Below, piece after piece: positions 5,556 through 6,991 of a stretch of DNA of 6,991 nt; position 1 is the first letter of the stretch, and each line of letters starts with the position of its first letter. The notes beneath the pieces are model-generated. The model had not been told where the DNA came from, ran no database searches, and saw nothing but the letters and a program-made list of their open reading frames with translations. The stretch covers positions 1 through 6,991 of the forward strand of contig JAANOX010000222.1 in NCBI GenBank assembly GCA_020184695.1, in the 5' to 3' direction. The position numbers and the translations under genes are program-made. This stretch comes from Histomonas meleagridis 2922-C6/04-290x (lineage: Eukaryota; Protista; Parabasalia).

Positions 5556-6990
5556 CACACACACACACAGCGCTATGTGAGCTTCGTGCTACGCACTCGC
5601 TCCCACCCGCGCTACATAAACTAAAGGATGAACGGTGTAAACGCGATTGATTTTCATAAATCGGTTGGTTTTGATTGAAAGTAATAAAATATATTTAAAT
5701 TCATGATGACATTTATATTTAAAATGTGTGATGCATGACAAACTAACTAACTAACTAACTAACTAAAAAAGTTATTAGCTAAAGGAAATTCGGAAAAGCT
5801 GAATGAGTTTCTCCATTTTAGTGATTTGACGTGAATATTGCATGTTTACTGGAGCTGATGATGATAACGGATGAGTTGTCGTAATGCTATGTGGAAAGTT
5901 GTTATTAACTGAGGTTGTGAATGTAAAAAGTACCTTTTAATTTTCAAAGGTGATTTTTTAACCCTTTTTTTGAACCCTCAACGAAACGGAGAAAATAAGC
6001 ATTTTTTGAAGGATTTAACGCAAAAGTTGACGGTTGATTTATCGGAAAGAATTTAATGTTTTGATGTTAATCCGTGGAAAGTTGTGTTTGGAGCTTAAAG
6101 CTGTTATTAACTGAAGGTTTTTATCAAAAAAGTACCTTTTAAAAATCAAAGGTTAAAAAATCACTTTTTTTTAACCCTCAACGAAACGGAGAAAATGAGC
6201 ATTTTTTGAAGGCTTTAACGCAAAAAGAATATGACAAAAAAATAAATTATTTAAACTAAGCTTATCATAACAGATTGTTAATTTTCTAAATTTAATGTCG
6301 TTCCAGAAGAAGAAAGAATCAAGCTCAGGATCATAATAATAATCTTCTAATTGATGATTGCCATACTTATTAACTTCAATTGAATCTTCATTGATTTCGT
6401 CGAAGAATTCAAAAGCTCTATCGCTATATGAAGAAGTATTTTTTAGATTTTCTGACTGATAAACCCAACGGAGATTTGAAACGTGATTGTTTGAACGATT
6501 GTGATCTATGTGATCTATAAAAGGTTTGTCATCAGGATTTGGAATAAATTGTAATGCAACAATACGATGTTTAAGATATAATTTTCTGTTTAATTTACAT
6601 GCAATATATCCGGTAGTTTTAATTGAAAATTTTTTTATGACTTTTTTATCACGTTTTCTTCTTATGGCATTCGGATATTCTGTGTTAATCTCATAATTTC
6701 GGTTCACAACACAAATTTTCCAACTCATATTTTTATTAATAATAAAAAAATAAATTTTTTTGAAATTAGCTTTAATTTTTTATTTTGTAAAATCATCCGA
6801 AAAATGTTAATTTACTTCGTTTCGTTGAGGGTTCGAAAAAAGGGTTCACTTTTTTATTTTTTTAACCCTCGAAAATTTTGTGTCACTTTTCGAGTGTCAC
6901 TTTTTTGTATAGGTCGTTGGTTCGAGATACAGCGACATTGAATTTTTTTGTAAAACCACTTTTTTATAATTTCATATAACATGTCTTTTC
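5555..6990 (-). mobile_element. Right arm of long inverted repeat; HNH-carrying copy ending in (TG)7T on the - strand
   Basis: Reverse-complement match to 1402-2350, with ~6261-6773 (HNH gene and its 5' flank) replacing 1620-1646. The match runs to the window edge, so the outer boundary is not seen. Confidence 0.8.
6171..6728 (-). CDS. HNH endonuclease (HNH_3 / homing-endonuclease type) with a probably non-native C-terminus
   Basis: Residues 54-97 read HRIVALQFIPNPDDKPFIDHIDHNRSNNHVSNLRWVYQSENLKN, the canonical HR.VA..F.PNP....DH.D.N..NN...NLRW...EN motif with intact H and N residues. Residues 157-185 are translated from sequence shared with the left arm. Confidence 0.9.
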   Translation of the reverse strand: MSWKICVVNRNYEINTEYPNAIRRKRDKKVIKKFSIKTTGYIACKLNRKLYLKHRIVALQFIPNPDDKPFIDHIDHNRSNNHVSNLRWVYQSENLKNTSSYSDRAFEFFDEINEDSIEVNKYGNHQLEDYYYDPELDSFFFWNDIKFRKLTICYDKLSLNNLFFCHILFALKPSKNAHFLRFVEG

Positions 6991-6991
6991 G

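Noticed and set aside
6171-6728. Intron-encoded homing endonuclease
   Set aside because: No group I/II intron core or interrupted host gene flanks the ORF; it sits within repeat arms instead.
1402-6990. Assembly fold-back or chimeric-read artefact
   Set aside because: The arms differ by a ~500-bp gene, a micro-inversion and clustered substitutions, so they are distinct copies. Read-level confirmation is still advisable.

Overview
AT-rich, probably eukaryotic (protist, possibly parabasalid-like) repetitive or virus-derived DNA. The dominant structure is a long inverted repeat: left arm 1402-2350 and right arm 5555-6990, the latter probably continuing past the window end. Each arm contains paired AGGGTT motifs, a duplicated 131-bp unit, (TTAG)6, a GC-rich subterminal hairpin and an inward-facing (TG)n end. 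The right arm carries an HNH_3-type endonuclease gene; the left arm has only a ~27-bp stub at the same position. Between the arms is a 3.2-kb, same-strand (-) module of four virus-like genes: an acidic/coiled-coil gene, a basic/coiled-coil gene, a small putative single-jelly-roll gene and a phage-tail-fibre-like gene. Three are interrupted by in-frame stops and one by a frameshift, and both border genes are cut exactly at the (TG)n ends. A 64% GC island with two large hairpins and a G-quadruplex motif sits in the middle of the module. Bases 1-437 are the 3' end of an unknown gene, and ~500-1420 is a patchwork of short repeats. Family assignments come from motif recognition only; no searches were run.
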